Assembly: GCA_037447605.1 (NCBI GenBank)
Contig: CM074812.1
Coordinates: 3,316,803 to 3,380,802 of the forward strand
Origin: Zygnema circumcarinatum SAG 698-1b
Lineage: Eukaryota; Plantae; Zygnematophyceae
Direction of reading: 5' to 3'
Length of the DNA: 64,000 nucleotides
Shown here: positions 9,287 to 21,033 of the stretch, piece by piece
Layout: every line of letters begins with the position of its first letter
How positions within the stretch are numbered: the stretch's first letter is position 1
The notes under the pieces: model-generated
Seen by the model: only the letters and a program-made list of their open reading frames with translations
Databases searched by the model: none
Told to the model about the DNA's origin: nothing
Translations under genes and position numbers: made by a program

Positions 9287-12200
9287 TATAGATCCGTATT
9301 ATACACTTTGAGGTTCACTGATCGCATTCGTGCCCTGTCGGCGTCTGCCGCCACTCGCCCGCCCTCCCTTTCGGACGCCTCCGCTCGACATCGTCGGGCA
9401 GTTCAGTTAGGCCGATGCGGGGAGTTGTCTCGCGCTGCTCGCGCTCTTCGACCCTTTACGCCCNNNNNNNNNNATCCGGATGCGCCTGCGGATGTCCCTT
9501 CCTTCATCGACACTTTTGAGCCTGTCGACTCGTTTGTGCTTGATCGTGCCGCTTTCATTCGGGCGCTTACTCGCTCCCCTCATTTGTCTGCAGGGGGGCC
9601 TTCGGGCATGGTTTATGAGTTGCTTCGTGATGTGTTTTCTCCAGACACCGGGGATAGTGGGTTTGGTTTGCTTTTTCAGCTTGCTTGTGTCATATCGCAG
9701 GGTCGTGTTCCCTCGTCCGTGAGTCATATTCTTACGTCAGCTCGTTTGGTTGCCCTTGCCAAGCCTGCAGGGGGAGTTCGCCCCATAGCCGTAGGGGAGG
9801 TTTTGTATCGCATGGTTGCTCGCGCTATGTGTTTTCAGTTACAGGGGGCTTTTCAGGATCATTTTTCCCCTTACCAGTTTGGTGTGGCGACCCCTGGGGG
9901 CTGCGAGGCCGTAGTTCATGGCATTCGTGCGACGTTGGATCTTCACCCTGATTGGGTTGTTTTGCAGGTTGATGTGACAAATGCTTTTAATACGGTGGAT
10001 CGTCATGAGATTTTTCGCGAGTTACGAGAGGCCCCTGCACCGATTGCGTCCCTTTTTCCTTTTGTGCGCACATTTTATTCTCGTTCGAGCCCGCTCCTTT
10101 TTCCTCTTGGCGATGCATCTGGTGGAGTGGCGACCTTGGAGTCTGCGACCGGGACCCGCCAAGGCGACCCTTTAGGAGGTCCTTTGTTCGCTTTGGCGCA
10201 CATTCGTGCGCTTCGAGCTTCGGCACAGGCTTTTCCAGGCTGCCTTTTTCCATCAGTGGCCGACGATACTCATATCATTGGCCCTGCTGACCAGGTCGTT
10301 GCCGCGTTTACTGATTTTACTACTCGATTGGCCGCTATGCGTTTGACGGTAAATTTGTCGAAGTGTTTTGCTTGGTCTCCGGTTGGTATCCCTTCTACCC
10401 TTTCGCTCCCTTGTGGTATCCAGACTTGTGCTGATGGAATTGGTATTCGTGTTTTAGGCTGCCCTTTTGGCGTTGCATCTTATGTTGATCGTTTTGTTGA
10501 TGATGCTTTGGTTGAGGATACGTCTCAGGTCGATGAGCTTCCACATCTTTCAGATCCTCAGGTGGCTTTTTCTTTGCTTACTCGTTGTTTTGCTTTGCGT
10601 CCGTCATACCTTTTGCGAACTCTCCCTCCTAACCCTGCTTTCCTTGAGTCATTGCAATCTTTCGATGAGCGTTTGTTTTCTGTATGTCATCGCCTTTTGG
10701 GTCCTGGTATTTTCGATCGACCGGAGGGTCCGCTTGCACGTACGCAAGCCTCGCTCCCTATTTCGGCGGGCGGTTTAGGACTCATCCCGACAATTCGTGT
10801 GGCGCCTTCTGCGTTTTTGGGTAGTTGGGCTCTAGTTGCTCCTATTTTGTCTTAGCGTTTTATTGTGGCTGATCGTCCGTTGCTTCTGTCTGTTGTCGCT
10901 CATGTTGTTGTTGGTGATCTTCCGTTTCAGGTTGCATTGCGTGATGCCCATGGTTTGCTTCCCTGCTAGTGCTCGTGTTCGGTGCCCTCGCTTTGTTTCC
11001 CGCCGCCGAGCCTGCTGTTCCACGCCCAACTCACTTTTGACTACGATGAGGTTGTTGCTGCTGAGTTCTCTACCCTTATTGGCGGCTCGATGTTGCGCTG
11101 TAAGTCGGCTTCGGCTTCTTGTGCGGGTCCTTGGCTAGCTTGGTTGGCTGTTACCCCATATTTTCCACCCTTCGTTTGGACCCCTCAGGCCAGTTTCAGT
11201 TTGCAGCGCCACTTCGCCTCGGCTCCCCCATCCGCCATTGCAGGGTTCTCCTCGCTGTGTTTGTGGTGATTCGTTGATGCGCAGGGCGCTCATCTACTTC
11301 GATAAAAGTACACGGGCTGCAACGACGGCTCATACGTTGTGATGGCGCGACAAGCTGCGGTGGCTCAAGAAGGCCAACTACTCAGCGACGGGAGCCTGAG
11401 CCACCTGGTGTCCCCACGGCCACCATCATGAGCGCTGGAGTCGCCTCTATTTGCCTTCTTATGGATGGTGCCCGGCGATTTTTGGGGATATTGTGTTGGC
11501 CGCATCCAACCGCCGCCATTTACGGTCACGCAAAGACATCATGACGGCGGGTTGCTCAAGCGGGATGCAGCCTTTCTAAAGGAGCGCAGTATATGCTCAC
11601 CGTGATGCAGCCGACGAATTTGTTCCTATGGCTATTGAGATTTTTGGCTGCCTTCGCATTACCCTCGCTGATACTTCTTCTCGCCAGTGCGCCTCATCGC
11701 TTTCGGTGATGCATCGCCCCTAAAGCCCTCCTCCCAAAGGATCTTGGCTACCTTTTATCGACAGCGCATTTCCGTCGCCCTTCAGCGTTGCCTTGCTTCT
11801 ACGCTTCTTCGGCGTGCTGCAGTTGTTGGTGACCGTGTTGGTGGACTTCCGCCGCTCCCTCCTCGCGACGTGCCTCACATCGGTGACCTTCGCGGCTGCT
11901 TCTAGGGCTGCGTTGTTGTGCCTAGGCGTAGTTTTCCGCTCCTAGCTTTGTTTTATTGTGTTTCGGTCCTTTGTGACCAGTCCTTCGTGGTTCCACATTT
12001 TGCCTTTATCCATGTACATTTGATGGCCTCGCCATCGCGAGTTCAATGAAAGTTTGCTTCCTTTGAGGTTCGATACAATGTATAATACAGTATTAATACT
12101 GTATTATACACTGTATAATACCTTAACGCAACTGTTAACAGCCGTACAATCGGAACATAGACCCGTACGGAAATCATGTACGGAATGAGTGTACGAACGT

Positions 12201-12416
12201 GTACGGACCAAGTCACACGTGTTGAGTGTTTGGCAAGTGACGTGACTTGGCAAGTTCTGGAATTTCAATATTATAATCAAATTTTGTTCAACTAACCACG
12301 AAAATAAAAAAAATACGTTAAATACATTAAAAATACACTGTATTTTTAAAATGTTGTATAATACGCATGTATTATACAGTGTATTAATACACGCGTTTGA
12401 TACATACGGATCTATA
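9287..12416. mobile_element. Non-autonomous hAT MITE, about 375 bp once the nested CRE element is removed; AT-rich and palindromic
   Basis: 12-bp TIR TATAGATCCGTA (9287-9298) / TACGGATCTATA (12405-12416); 8-bp TSD CTCGGTCC at 9279-9286 and 12417-12424. Confidence 0.85.
9317..12060 (+). mobile_element. 5'-truncated CRE-clade non-LTR retrotransposon (RT + CCHC-type Zn motif + RLE), frameshifted
   Basis: RT motifs RPIAVGE, QFGVATPGG, VDVTNAFN, GTRQGDPLGGPLF, VADD; RCVCG..AQGAHLLR at about 11250-11300; FVPMAIEIFG at 11619-11648; 11-bp TSD CTTTGAGGTTC at 9306-9316 and 12061-12071. Confidence 0.9.
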
Positions 12417-12557
12417 CTCGGTCCCCACTTCAGTTGACCTTGTCAGGGCTTGCGGACTCCACTAACCGGCTGTCCACGTGGCACCGCTTGATTCGTAGTC
12501 GACATTCCGAAACGCCACCTGCTGACTCCTTGCGCTGTCCATGCGACGCGCCATATG

Positions 12558-13442
12558 CAGGCCTCTTCAAATAGGGGAGATCCCCTAAATATCGTAAATA
12601 GCTTATTTATGTAAGATTTTGAGATTAGTTTACGTGATTTCAACTTAAATACCACACAAGCCCCAAAAAAGCATTTTTTTGGTTAAAAACAAAAAGGAAA
12701 TGAATTGCATTTGCAACCACGATAGCAATGATGTATATGAACTTTACTTGTTGGTATAACAACACGGCTTTAGAAACTGGTGCAACCTCTTCGACTCTTA
12801 TAGATTGGTAAATTTTACCAATCAATTAGAACAACTGTGCATTTGGCAATCACAACATATAGTTGCTTATTCAAAAACCCAATTGCACTGAAACTTTGTA
12901 GATCCAATCCTAAGCTCTCTATTTCCTTTTCCATCCATCATTAATTACTCCAAGTATCATTTTAGAATCCATCATAGTCTTGAAATTTCCTCACAAAAAC
13001 TTTATTCCAAATCATAACCTCTGAAATTCTAGGTGTAGTCACAAAAGAAAAACTGAAATAGGAACTAAAATTAGAAATGAAATGAAAAATGGTCTCACTC
13101 CCTTAGGAGTTTTAGGCTGATCAAGACAGCTATAGAAGTAATGCAAACTACTCAAAGAGACCCTCAAAGAGCGGTCAAACTATCAAACTGTTTGCAGTGA
13201 AGAATGCCTTCCAATGAAAAGTCTGTCAACCTCTTTCGAAACTCGTCTTTCTCCCATCCAATTACTGAAAAATCAGACTCGACGGTAGCAGTGTTGGGAA
13301 ATGATGAAGCAAGGTCTCCACAAAATTATCGTCCGTACGTGTACGGTTTCGTCCTTACAGTCCATATTTACGTGTGTTTACAAAACCAAGTTAGGGGACA
13401 GTCCCCTATCTTAAGCCGAAATCCCCTATTTGAAGAGGCCTG
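12558..13442. mobile_element. Non-autonomous hAT DNA transposon, 885 bp
   Basis: Perfect 21-bp TIR CAGGCCTCTTCAAATAGGGGA; 8-bp TSD GCCATATG at 12550-12557 and 13443-13450; no intact transposase ORF. Confidence 0.92.
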
Positions 13443-13689
13443 GCCATATGCCCATATGTCGCACGCTCCGTACTCCGTACTCGCGCAGATATCCAAACTC
13501 CGCGCGCTAGGCGCACACCTCCGAAGTATCGTAGGTGTGCGAAACCCGGTCCATCATGTAACACCGTCACTAAGAGCACACCCCCGCCATTTAAAACTTA
13601 ATACCAACTTAGTGTATGCATCCCAACTCCCAAGTGACCAACTAGCTACTATTCACTAACAAATGCCACTTCCGTATTAGTGATTATTA

Positions 13690-13810
13690 TCTCGTTGTTA
13701 AGCCTAAATGTAGGTTTCCGCTCATAATGACCCGTTTCTCGTGGTTCCCACGATGATTTTGTCCATATATATTTGACACCATTGCCATTGTGCGATCAAT
13801 GCCACTTCAT
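13690..13810 (+). mobile_element. Degenerate CRE-like 3' tail
   Basis: tcgtggttccccacgatgattttgtccat...tcaatgccacttc matches 8618-8686. Confidence 0.6.
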
Positions 13811-13854
13811 TGATCGTCACATCAATGCACGGTGGCAGTCCACGCGGCAGCTAA

Positions 13855-14400
13855 AGCTGGATGACTAAAGGCGGATGACTAAAGCTTGATAACTAAAGCT
13901 CGATGACTAAAACTCAATGACTAAAGCTTGATGACTAATGCTCGATGATTAAACCAAACAACTAAAGCTCGATGACTAAAGCTGGACAACTAGACCTCGA
14001 TAACCAAAGCTCGATGACTAAAACTGGATGACTCAAGCCGGATGACTAAAGCTCGATGGCTAAATTGAACGACTAAAGCTCAATGACTAAAGCCAGATGA
14101 CTAATTTTGATGACTAAAGGTGGGGACGACTAAAGCTCGACCACTATATCTCGATGACTAAAAGCCGGATGACTAAAGCTCGATGACTAAAACTCGATGA
14201 CTAAACCAATTGACTAAAGCTCAATGACTAAAGCCGGATGACTAAAGCTCAATGACTAATCCGGATGACTAAAGCCATATGACTAAAGTTTGATGACTAA
14301 AGCTCGACGACTAAGGCAGAATGACTTAAGCCGGATAACTAAAGGATGACTAAAGCTAGATATCAAAAGCTGGATGACTAAAACTTGATGACTAAAGCTG
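13855..14400. repeat. Tandem satellite, about 14-bp unit GATGACTAAAGCTC
   Basis: Dozens of degenerate units read directly. Confidence 0.95.
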
Positions 14401-14439
14401 GATGGGTTTTTAAGGATTTAGGGGGCTTTTAGGACAAAG

Positions 14440-15815
14440 CGTGACTAAGAGTGCTTCTAATCACTCTTAGTCACAGCCGCTTTTAGTCACGCTTAGTCAC
14501 AGCCGCCCTTAGTCAGGCTCAATCACAGCCACTTATTCCCGCTTAGTCACAACCACTTAGTCAGGATTAGTCACATTCACTCTTAGTCACGCTTAGTCAC
14601 ATGTTGTGGTGTGGCCATCGTTTATGTCGAGAGTGTGTGAACGGACATCCTTCAGCCATCTGCACGTGGATTCCAACTTGAACTTTCCATGTTCCATTTC
14701 TCATTCCCTGTCCTTAGTGTCAATAGGTCACCCCGCGCTTCACAGGGAAGGGTTCTTTGACATATCCGTGCAAAAATTGTGACTACGCGTGACTAAGAGC
14801 GGCTGTGACTAAGCGTGACTAAGAGTGGTTGTGACTAAGAGTGACTAAAAGCGGCTATGACTAAGCGTGACTAAGACCGGCTGACTAAGCGTGACAAAAA
14901 GCGGCTGTGATTAAGTGTGATTAAGAGCAATTGTGACTAAGCATGACAAAGAGCAGCTGTGACTAAGCGTGACTAAGAGCGGCTGTGACCAAGCATGATT
15001 TAAAGCGATTGTGACTAAGCATGACTAAGAGTAACTGTGACTAAGCGTGACTAAGTGATTGTGACTAAGTGTAACTAAGAACAATTGTGACTAAGCATAA
15101 CTAAGAGCAAGTGTGACTAAGCGTGACTAAGAGCAGCGGTGACTAAACGTGACTAAAAGCTGCTGTGACTAAGCATGACTAAGAGCAGCTGTGACTAAGC
15201 ATGACTAAGAGCAGCTGTGACTAAGCGTGACTAAGAGCGGTTATGACTAAGCGTGATTAAGGGCGTGTTTGATAGCATGATGAAGAGTGGCTGTGACTAA
15301 GCGTGACTAAGAGCGGATGTGACTAAGGATGACTAGGAGCGGCTTTGACTAAGTGCGACTAGGAGCGGCTGTGACTAAGCGTGGATAAAAGCGGCAACTA
15401 AGAGTGACTTAAATCGGCTATGACTAAGCATGACTAAGAGCGGCTGTGACTAAGTGTGACTAAGAGCCACTATGGCTAAGGCGACTAAAAGCGACTGTGT
15501 CTAAACATGATTAAAAGCGGCTGTGACTAAACGTGATTAATAAGCATGACTAAGAGCGGCTGTGACTATGCGTGACTAAGAACGGCTGTGACTAAACGTG
15601 ACTAAAAGCTGCTGTGACTAAGCGTGACTAAGAGCGACTGTGACTAAGCGTTACTAAGAGCGGATGTGACTAACTAAGCGTGATAAAGAGTGGATGTGAC
15701 TAAGCATGACTAAGAGCAACGGTGACTAAGTGTGACTAAGAACGGTTGTGACTAAGTATGACTAAGAGCGGCTGTGACTAAACGTGACTAACAGGGGCTA
15801 TTACTAAGGGAGACT
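14440..15815. repeat. Satellite of about 26-bp unit (GTGACTAAGC-GTGACTAAGAGCGGCT) in two opposed blocks, about 14465-14600 reversed and about 14780-15815 forward
   Basis: ttagtcac array faces a gtgactaa array across a unique spacer of about 180 bp. Confidence 0.92.
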
Positions 15816-15820
15816 AAGAT

Positions 15821-15903
15821 CCTAAAAACCCTAAAAACCCTAAAAACGCTAAAAACCCTAAAAGTCCTTAAAACCCTAAAAACCCCTAAGAACCCTAAAA
15901 ACC
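15821..15903 (-). repeat. Interstitial degenerate telomeric array (CCCTAAAAA)n
   Basis: cctaaaaaccctaaaaaccctaaaaacgctaaaaacc... Confidence 0.85.
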
Positions 15904-15998
15904 TTGATGAGCATGACATCAACACCTTGTTGTGTTAGTTTTGGGCACTTGACGTAAATGTATCATCCTGCTTACGTGACTACATTGCACTGTAAACA

Positions 15999-16156
15999 TG
16001 TTAGTGTTAGTGTATGATAGTTAGACATTGTATGGCACACACTAACTTGTTGTGGTACTCAGTTTGTAGAACATGAGATCTGCTAGGCGTAGTGCTCTTA
16101 GATTTAGGAATGTCGGTGCTCTGACTCAGGTGAGTGCGCCGCGAGTGCGCGGAGTA
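15999..16156 (+). mobile_element. 5' part of a Copia family-A long LTR, ending at an assembly gap
   Basis: Near identical to 23094-23250. Confidence 0.8.
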
Positions 16157-16886
16157 CGAACGAGCGGCGCTGATTGNNNNNNNNNNTAGGCTGGAGATGC
16201 TGACTTCAGATGACTTCTGTCCGGAGTGGGAGAAATGAAGAAGTTGCTAAGATAGAGGAGGCTGAGCAGTCTTGAAGCGTTGAAGCGAAGACCTTGAAGA
16301 TTCGAGGAGCTGCGAGTGATCATGGAGATCAAGTGGCGGCAAGGAGCGCTGGGAGGCGCGGCTGGTGGCAACGGAATCAAGGGACGAGCAGAGTGTGGAG
16401 AATGTCATCATGATGATGGTGCAGTACACTTCCCTTATTAGTATTCCTTGGAAAGTCACTAAAGCTGAAGGAGGTGTTTTTCAGATGCATATGAAGGTGC
16501 AAGAGTTACACTCGTTGGAGAATTTGACACGCAATCAAGAAAGTGTCAAGCAGGGTTTGTAGGACCTTGATAGGGGAAGAGGAACATCTGGTTAGCTGGC
16601 TCATTGATGGAGTAAGTGAGCAGAATTAAGACCCCAAAGGTGGAGTACAAAAGGAGGGTGCAGAGATGTCAAAGCTAGAGGTGGCTTTGGAGGACCAGTC
16701 CTTGTACAAGGAGGCTGTTTAGCTTAAGAGGGGGTAGTTAAGGTGTTCAGATTCGACCTTGGCAGATGGTGCGGAGGGGAGCTTGTCCATGGGGGACAAA
16801 GGTAGTTCATAGTGTGGGGTCCCAGGATCGTGTAGAGGAAGTTGTTGGTGAAGACGGCACTTCATTTGGGTGGAGGNNNNNNNNNN

Positions 16887-19800
16887 GAGGCCTAGAGGAG
16901 TCCGGCCTTGTGTATGAAGGTCGTGAAGGAACTAGCTCTCATCATGCTAAGCTTTAGTGAAGGAGCTAGATGGTGTGTCCCTCATGTGTTGAGGTAGAGG
17001 AGGAGTTCATGGAGGCGAGTAGTGCTTGGCTACTGCAGTTGGGGTGTAGGCTATCTATGAGAGGATAGGATAGTGCTCATGTGAGGAGGAGAATCTAGCA
17101 TAAGGGATCTATGTAGATTTCCTCAAGAGCTTGTATTACACTCATGAAGTTTAAGGAGTTTTAGGGCCGTGGGCTTTCTCCTTACTACTGTATCATTCGT
17201 CATGTGAGTCCTCGTGTTGGATTGGCGTGGTGGATGAGTGGAGGCGACCATTGTATGGGCGGTGTGTTGCTCCACACGAGGAGACCATTGGAGGAGCGTG
17301 GAGTTGAGGAGCCGAGACCATGGAGGAGATGAAGAAGTGCACTTGTTGAGGTGGGGTGTTTAGTTTCCGCTGTGCGCACCTGGCAAGAGGTGGACGAGAA
17401 GGCATATCGTGGCGGAAGCGGTATGTGGCCCAAGGAGAAGAAAAAGAAAAGTTTTGAGCTCTGATACCCAGGGCATGTGTTGCCCTTTCCTTGTGTCTTT
17501 CCTTTCTTGCTGCCCCTTGCACCAACAAGTGGTATCAGAGCTAAGGGTTGAAGTCTTGGAGCATCTAGTGCTTAAGATTCAGTCTTAGAGCTTATGGTTG
17601 CAATCCGAAAGAGTACCAAGTGAGAGTGAGGGTCTTGGAGCATACTAGAGTGGGGGGTTTCAGATCCTTGAGAGTATGAGTTCCAAAGAGATAGATCCTT
17701 GACTAGAGAAAGAGCTAAAGGGTAGTTCTTTGGGGGAGCCGAATAGTTGGCTCAAAGGTACTCAAGAAGGATAGTTATGGTCAAACTCCTAATCACGTTG
17801 ATGGTCTCATTTGTAGCAAGCAAGTTGCCGAAGACTTAGCTTTGAGGAGCTAGAGTCATGAGAGGATGCGTTGAAGTACTAGTCTTGACAGCTCAAGGGA
17901 AGAGTGCGAAAGAAGGCTAGGTTAACGGCATTCGAAGTGGCGCTGTTTTGAGAGACTTGGCTCAAGGGAGTCAAGGTCCGGCGGCGTGGAGGTGGTGCAT
18001 CGAGTTGCACACATTCGAGGTGACCCAACTCAACGGAGTTGGACGAGGCAGCGTGAGGGACGCACAAGCAAGGGTGGGACTTACCCTTTGGAAGCTTGTA
18101 TGCTCGGATATGTCGAAGGCGAAGTTGCTTCATCGAAGGATTCGAGGGGAGGACTTGACGGCACTTCGAGAAGTGGAGAGGGCTCCAGTGCCATATCGAG
18201 ATTGCCATGGTATGTGGAGGGGACTGCCCTCCCAAGCACGCTCTTGGGATTAGAGACTAGCTTTGGAGTTAGAGACTAATGAACTAGACTCTTCACATAG
18301 GTTGTGGGAGAGGCTAAGAGAGGTGCAAGGTGGCAAGGAGTGCCAGGTAAGGAAATAGTTCACTTCAATGCGTTTGGGGTGAAGGAGGCCCAAGATCTAG
18401 GATCTAGGGGAGAAAGCTGCCCAAGGAACCATTGCTTGAATCCTGACTAGCCTGGTGGACAGAGCTAGTGGAATTGATAGTCACTAAGTTGTTAGTGATG
18501 GACCACTAAGGAGGAGTTTAGGGAATTCCCCAAGGAGTAGTGGAGGAGATCAATTCGGAGGTAGGAAGGTCGCAACTTTCTACAAGGAGTCTACTTCACG
18601 GAGGAGTAGATGTAGCAATGGAGGAGAATGGATCGAGTCAAGTGGCGTTGACGACCATTCAAGGAGGGGCAAGGCTGAAGTCGGACGAGGAGGATTCCAC
18701 TCCAAGTTGACTTGATGAAGACGAGAGATTATGGGAAGTCCTTTGGAGATCACATTGCTAACGAACTTGCAGGGCTGATTCTTGTGGAGGGATCATTCGG
18801 ATCCAAGGAGACGTCAACATGGAGGCTCAAGTGTGTCCAGACGTGGACCTGATCTATGTTCGAAGAGTTTGCTGGGAGTGCACGCCTAGTTTACTCGAGG
18901 AACATGGGATAGAGATTTTTTCGGAGGAGGAGCCAAGTTGTTGATCTCAAGAGGAGGCAAGAGGAGCTGATGGATCTCGAAGGAGAAGTGGCGTATAGCC
19001 GTCCTGGAAGACAAGGTTAAATCATTTTGGAAGCAAGCAGGTGGAGTTAGATGCAGGTTGCTGTGAATTTCGTCACATGCAAGTAGTGGAGACCCTTGTG
19101 AAGGGTGAGAGCGGAGTAGCTTGTACTTCTTCGAAAAGGGGAAGGTGCAGCGGTGGACGTTGGCACGATAGCTTGTGGAGCTCGGCATCGAAGTACTTGG
19201 ACACCTAAGCTGGAAGAGCTTGAAGACGCTTGCAAGGACTAGGATCTTGAGAGGTGCCTAGGTCCGGGAGTCACAAGAGGGAAGAGGCATCGACATGGAG
19301 CTGGCGAGATCGCACTCATGATGGGATGGCGCTCTAAAGCAAGGTACCGCAACCTTGCACCTTTTTGGTGATAGAATTTGGAGGGACAGGTTTCGGATTT
19401 CCCTTAAAGGAAGAAGATAGTAAGACTCAGGTACATGGTTGGAGGAGGGTGCTTCTAGTGTAGCCCGAGAGACCCAATCGTGCCTATCATTAGCGGAGGA
19501 GCAGCAAGACCATAGGCTGGAGATGCTGACTTCAGATGACTTCTGTCCGGAGTGGGAGAAATGAAGAAGATGCTATGATAGAGGAGGCTGAGCAGTCTTG
19601 AAGCGTTGAAGCGAAGACCTTGAAGATTCGAGGAGCTGCAAGTGATCATGGAGATCAAGTGGCGGCAAGGAGCGCTTGGAGGTGCGGCTGGTGGCAACGG
19701 AATCAAGGGACGAGCAGAGTGTGGAGAGTGTCATCATGATGATGGTGCAGTACAATTCCCTTCGTAGTATTCCTTGGAAAGTCACTAAAGCTGAAGGAGG

Positions 19801-21030
19801 TGTTTTCAGATGCATAAGACGGTGCAAGAGTTACACTCGTTGGAGAAATTGACACGCAATCAAGAAAGTGTCAAGCAGGGTTTGTAGGACCTTGATAGGG
19901 GAAGAGGAACATCTGGTTAGCTGGCTCATTGATGGAGTAAGTGAGCAGAATTAAGACCCCAAAGGTGGAGTACAAGAGGAGGGTGCCGAGATGTCAAAGC
20001 TAGAGGTGGCTTTGGAGGACCAGTCCTTGTACAAGGAGGCTGTTTAGCTTAAGAGGGGGTAGTTAAGGTGTTCAGATTCGACCTTGGCAGATGGTGCTAA
20101 GGGGAGCTTGTCCATGGGGGACAAAGGTAGTTCATAGTGTGGGGTCCCAGGATCGTGTAGAGGAAGTTGTTGGTGAAGGCGGCACTTCATTTGGGTGGAG
20201 GCCTACAACAAATGGCGAGAGTACCACTAGGAGGATTCGAAGGACAACTATGAAGGACCTCATGTTTATGAGGGGGTGAGCGGCAATGAAGAAGACGACA
20301 TTCTGAATGTGTGAGTTGGGAGGAGAAGTTGTGACTTCTCGGGTTTACCTTGGAGGATGAATTTGGAAGACTTTGGGGAAGTTGAAGGTTCCCAACACAT
20401 TGTTGACAAGGTGTCAATTGCGCTCAAGGAGGTTCTGATGTGCAACGATTGCACATGCGGAGTGAAGACCATCTTCAGGAGGAGGTGGCCCGGGGGAGAG
20501 TGCAATGGCTGTTGCATTCACGGTGGAATCAATTCAAGGGAATTGGTGAGCAAGCGGCAAGGTATGCTTAAGTGTTGCTTAAGCTTAGGGTGCCATGTTA
20601 GTATAGCTTGCAAGGAACTTACGTACCAAGAGGGGGATTGTTGATGTATAGGGTACATCAAGGTGTTGGTACTTAGTTCCTAGCATGAATGTTGTCCGGG
20701 ACATCAATGTGGTGGTATAGGGACAATGTCATGTATGAATGGTCATGTTTGGTGTAGGACCGAACATGGGGGGTGCCCGTATCGTTAGGGCATGAATGCA
20801 GTGAGTCTAGGGAGGAGTCTAGGGTCGTGGGATTGACGGGCTTGGAGCCGTGCCAAAGGGGGTTACCGCGGAATATTACTTGAAAGCCCGAAAAAGGCAC
20901 ATGGCCCGAAGTAAACCTAAAACCCTAAAACCCTCTCCCGAGAGCAAAGCGAAGTCTGAGGCTGAGGCGTTGATGGGCGAGGCGGTGGCTGAGGACCCGC
21001 ACCCAAAGCTGAGTTGGGGGTATTAATGCG
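16887..21030 (+). mobile_element. Highly degenerate Ty1/Copia element (family C)
   Basis: LTR end at 17527, PBS TGGTATCAGAGC (iMet tRNA) at 17530-17541, decayed integrase (about 18400-19000) before decayed RT (about 19500-20000), PPT aagagggggat, then 3' LTR from 20639. Confidence 0.75.
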
Positions 21031-21033
21031 AGG

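Larger units (their letters stand above)
8687..13661 (-). mobile_element. Ty1/Copia solo LTR (family D) carrying three nested insertions
   Basis: TG...CA termini (tgttgg at 8687, cactaaca ending 13661); 5-bp TSD AATGC at 8682-8686 and 13662-13666; 8687-9100 is the reverse complement of a diverged copy at 42170-42567. Confidence 0.85.

Noticed and set aside
12010-12030. Similarity of the ccAUGUACAUUUGaugg hairpin to U1 snRNA stem-loop II
   Set aside because: The U1A core AUUGCAC is not present and no other U1 features flank it
12600-13350. Residual transposase inside the 885-bp hAT element
   Set aside because: No hAT motif could be recognised in any frame
13855-15815. CRISPR-like appearance of regular short repeats
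   Set aside because: Head-to-tail degenerate satellite without unique spacers; eukaryotic context; no cas genes
16187-16876. Second family-C RT segment
   Set aside because: Near identical to about 19513-20200 and gap-flanked; possible assembly duplicate
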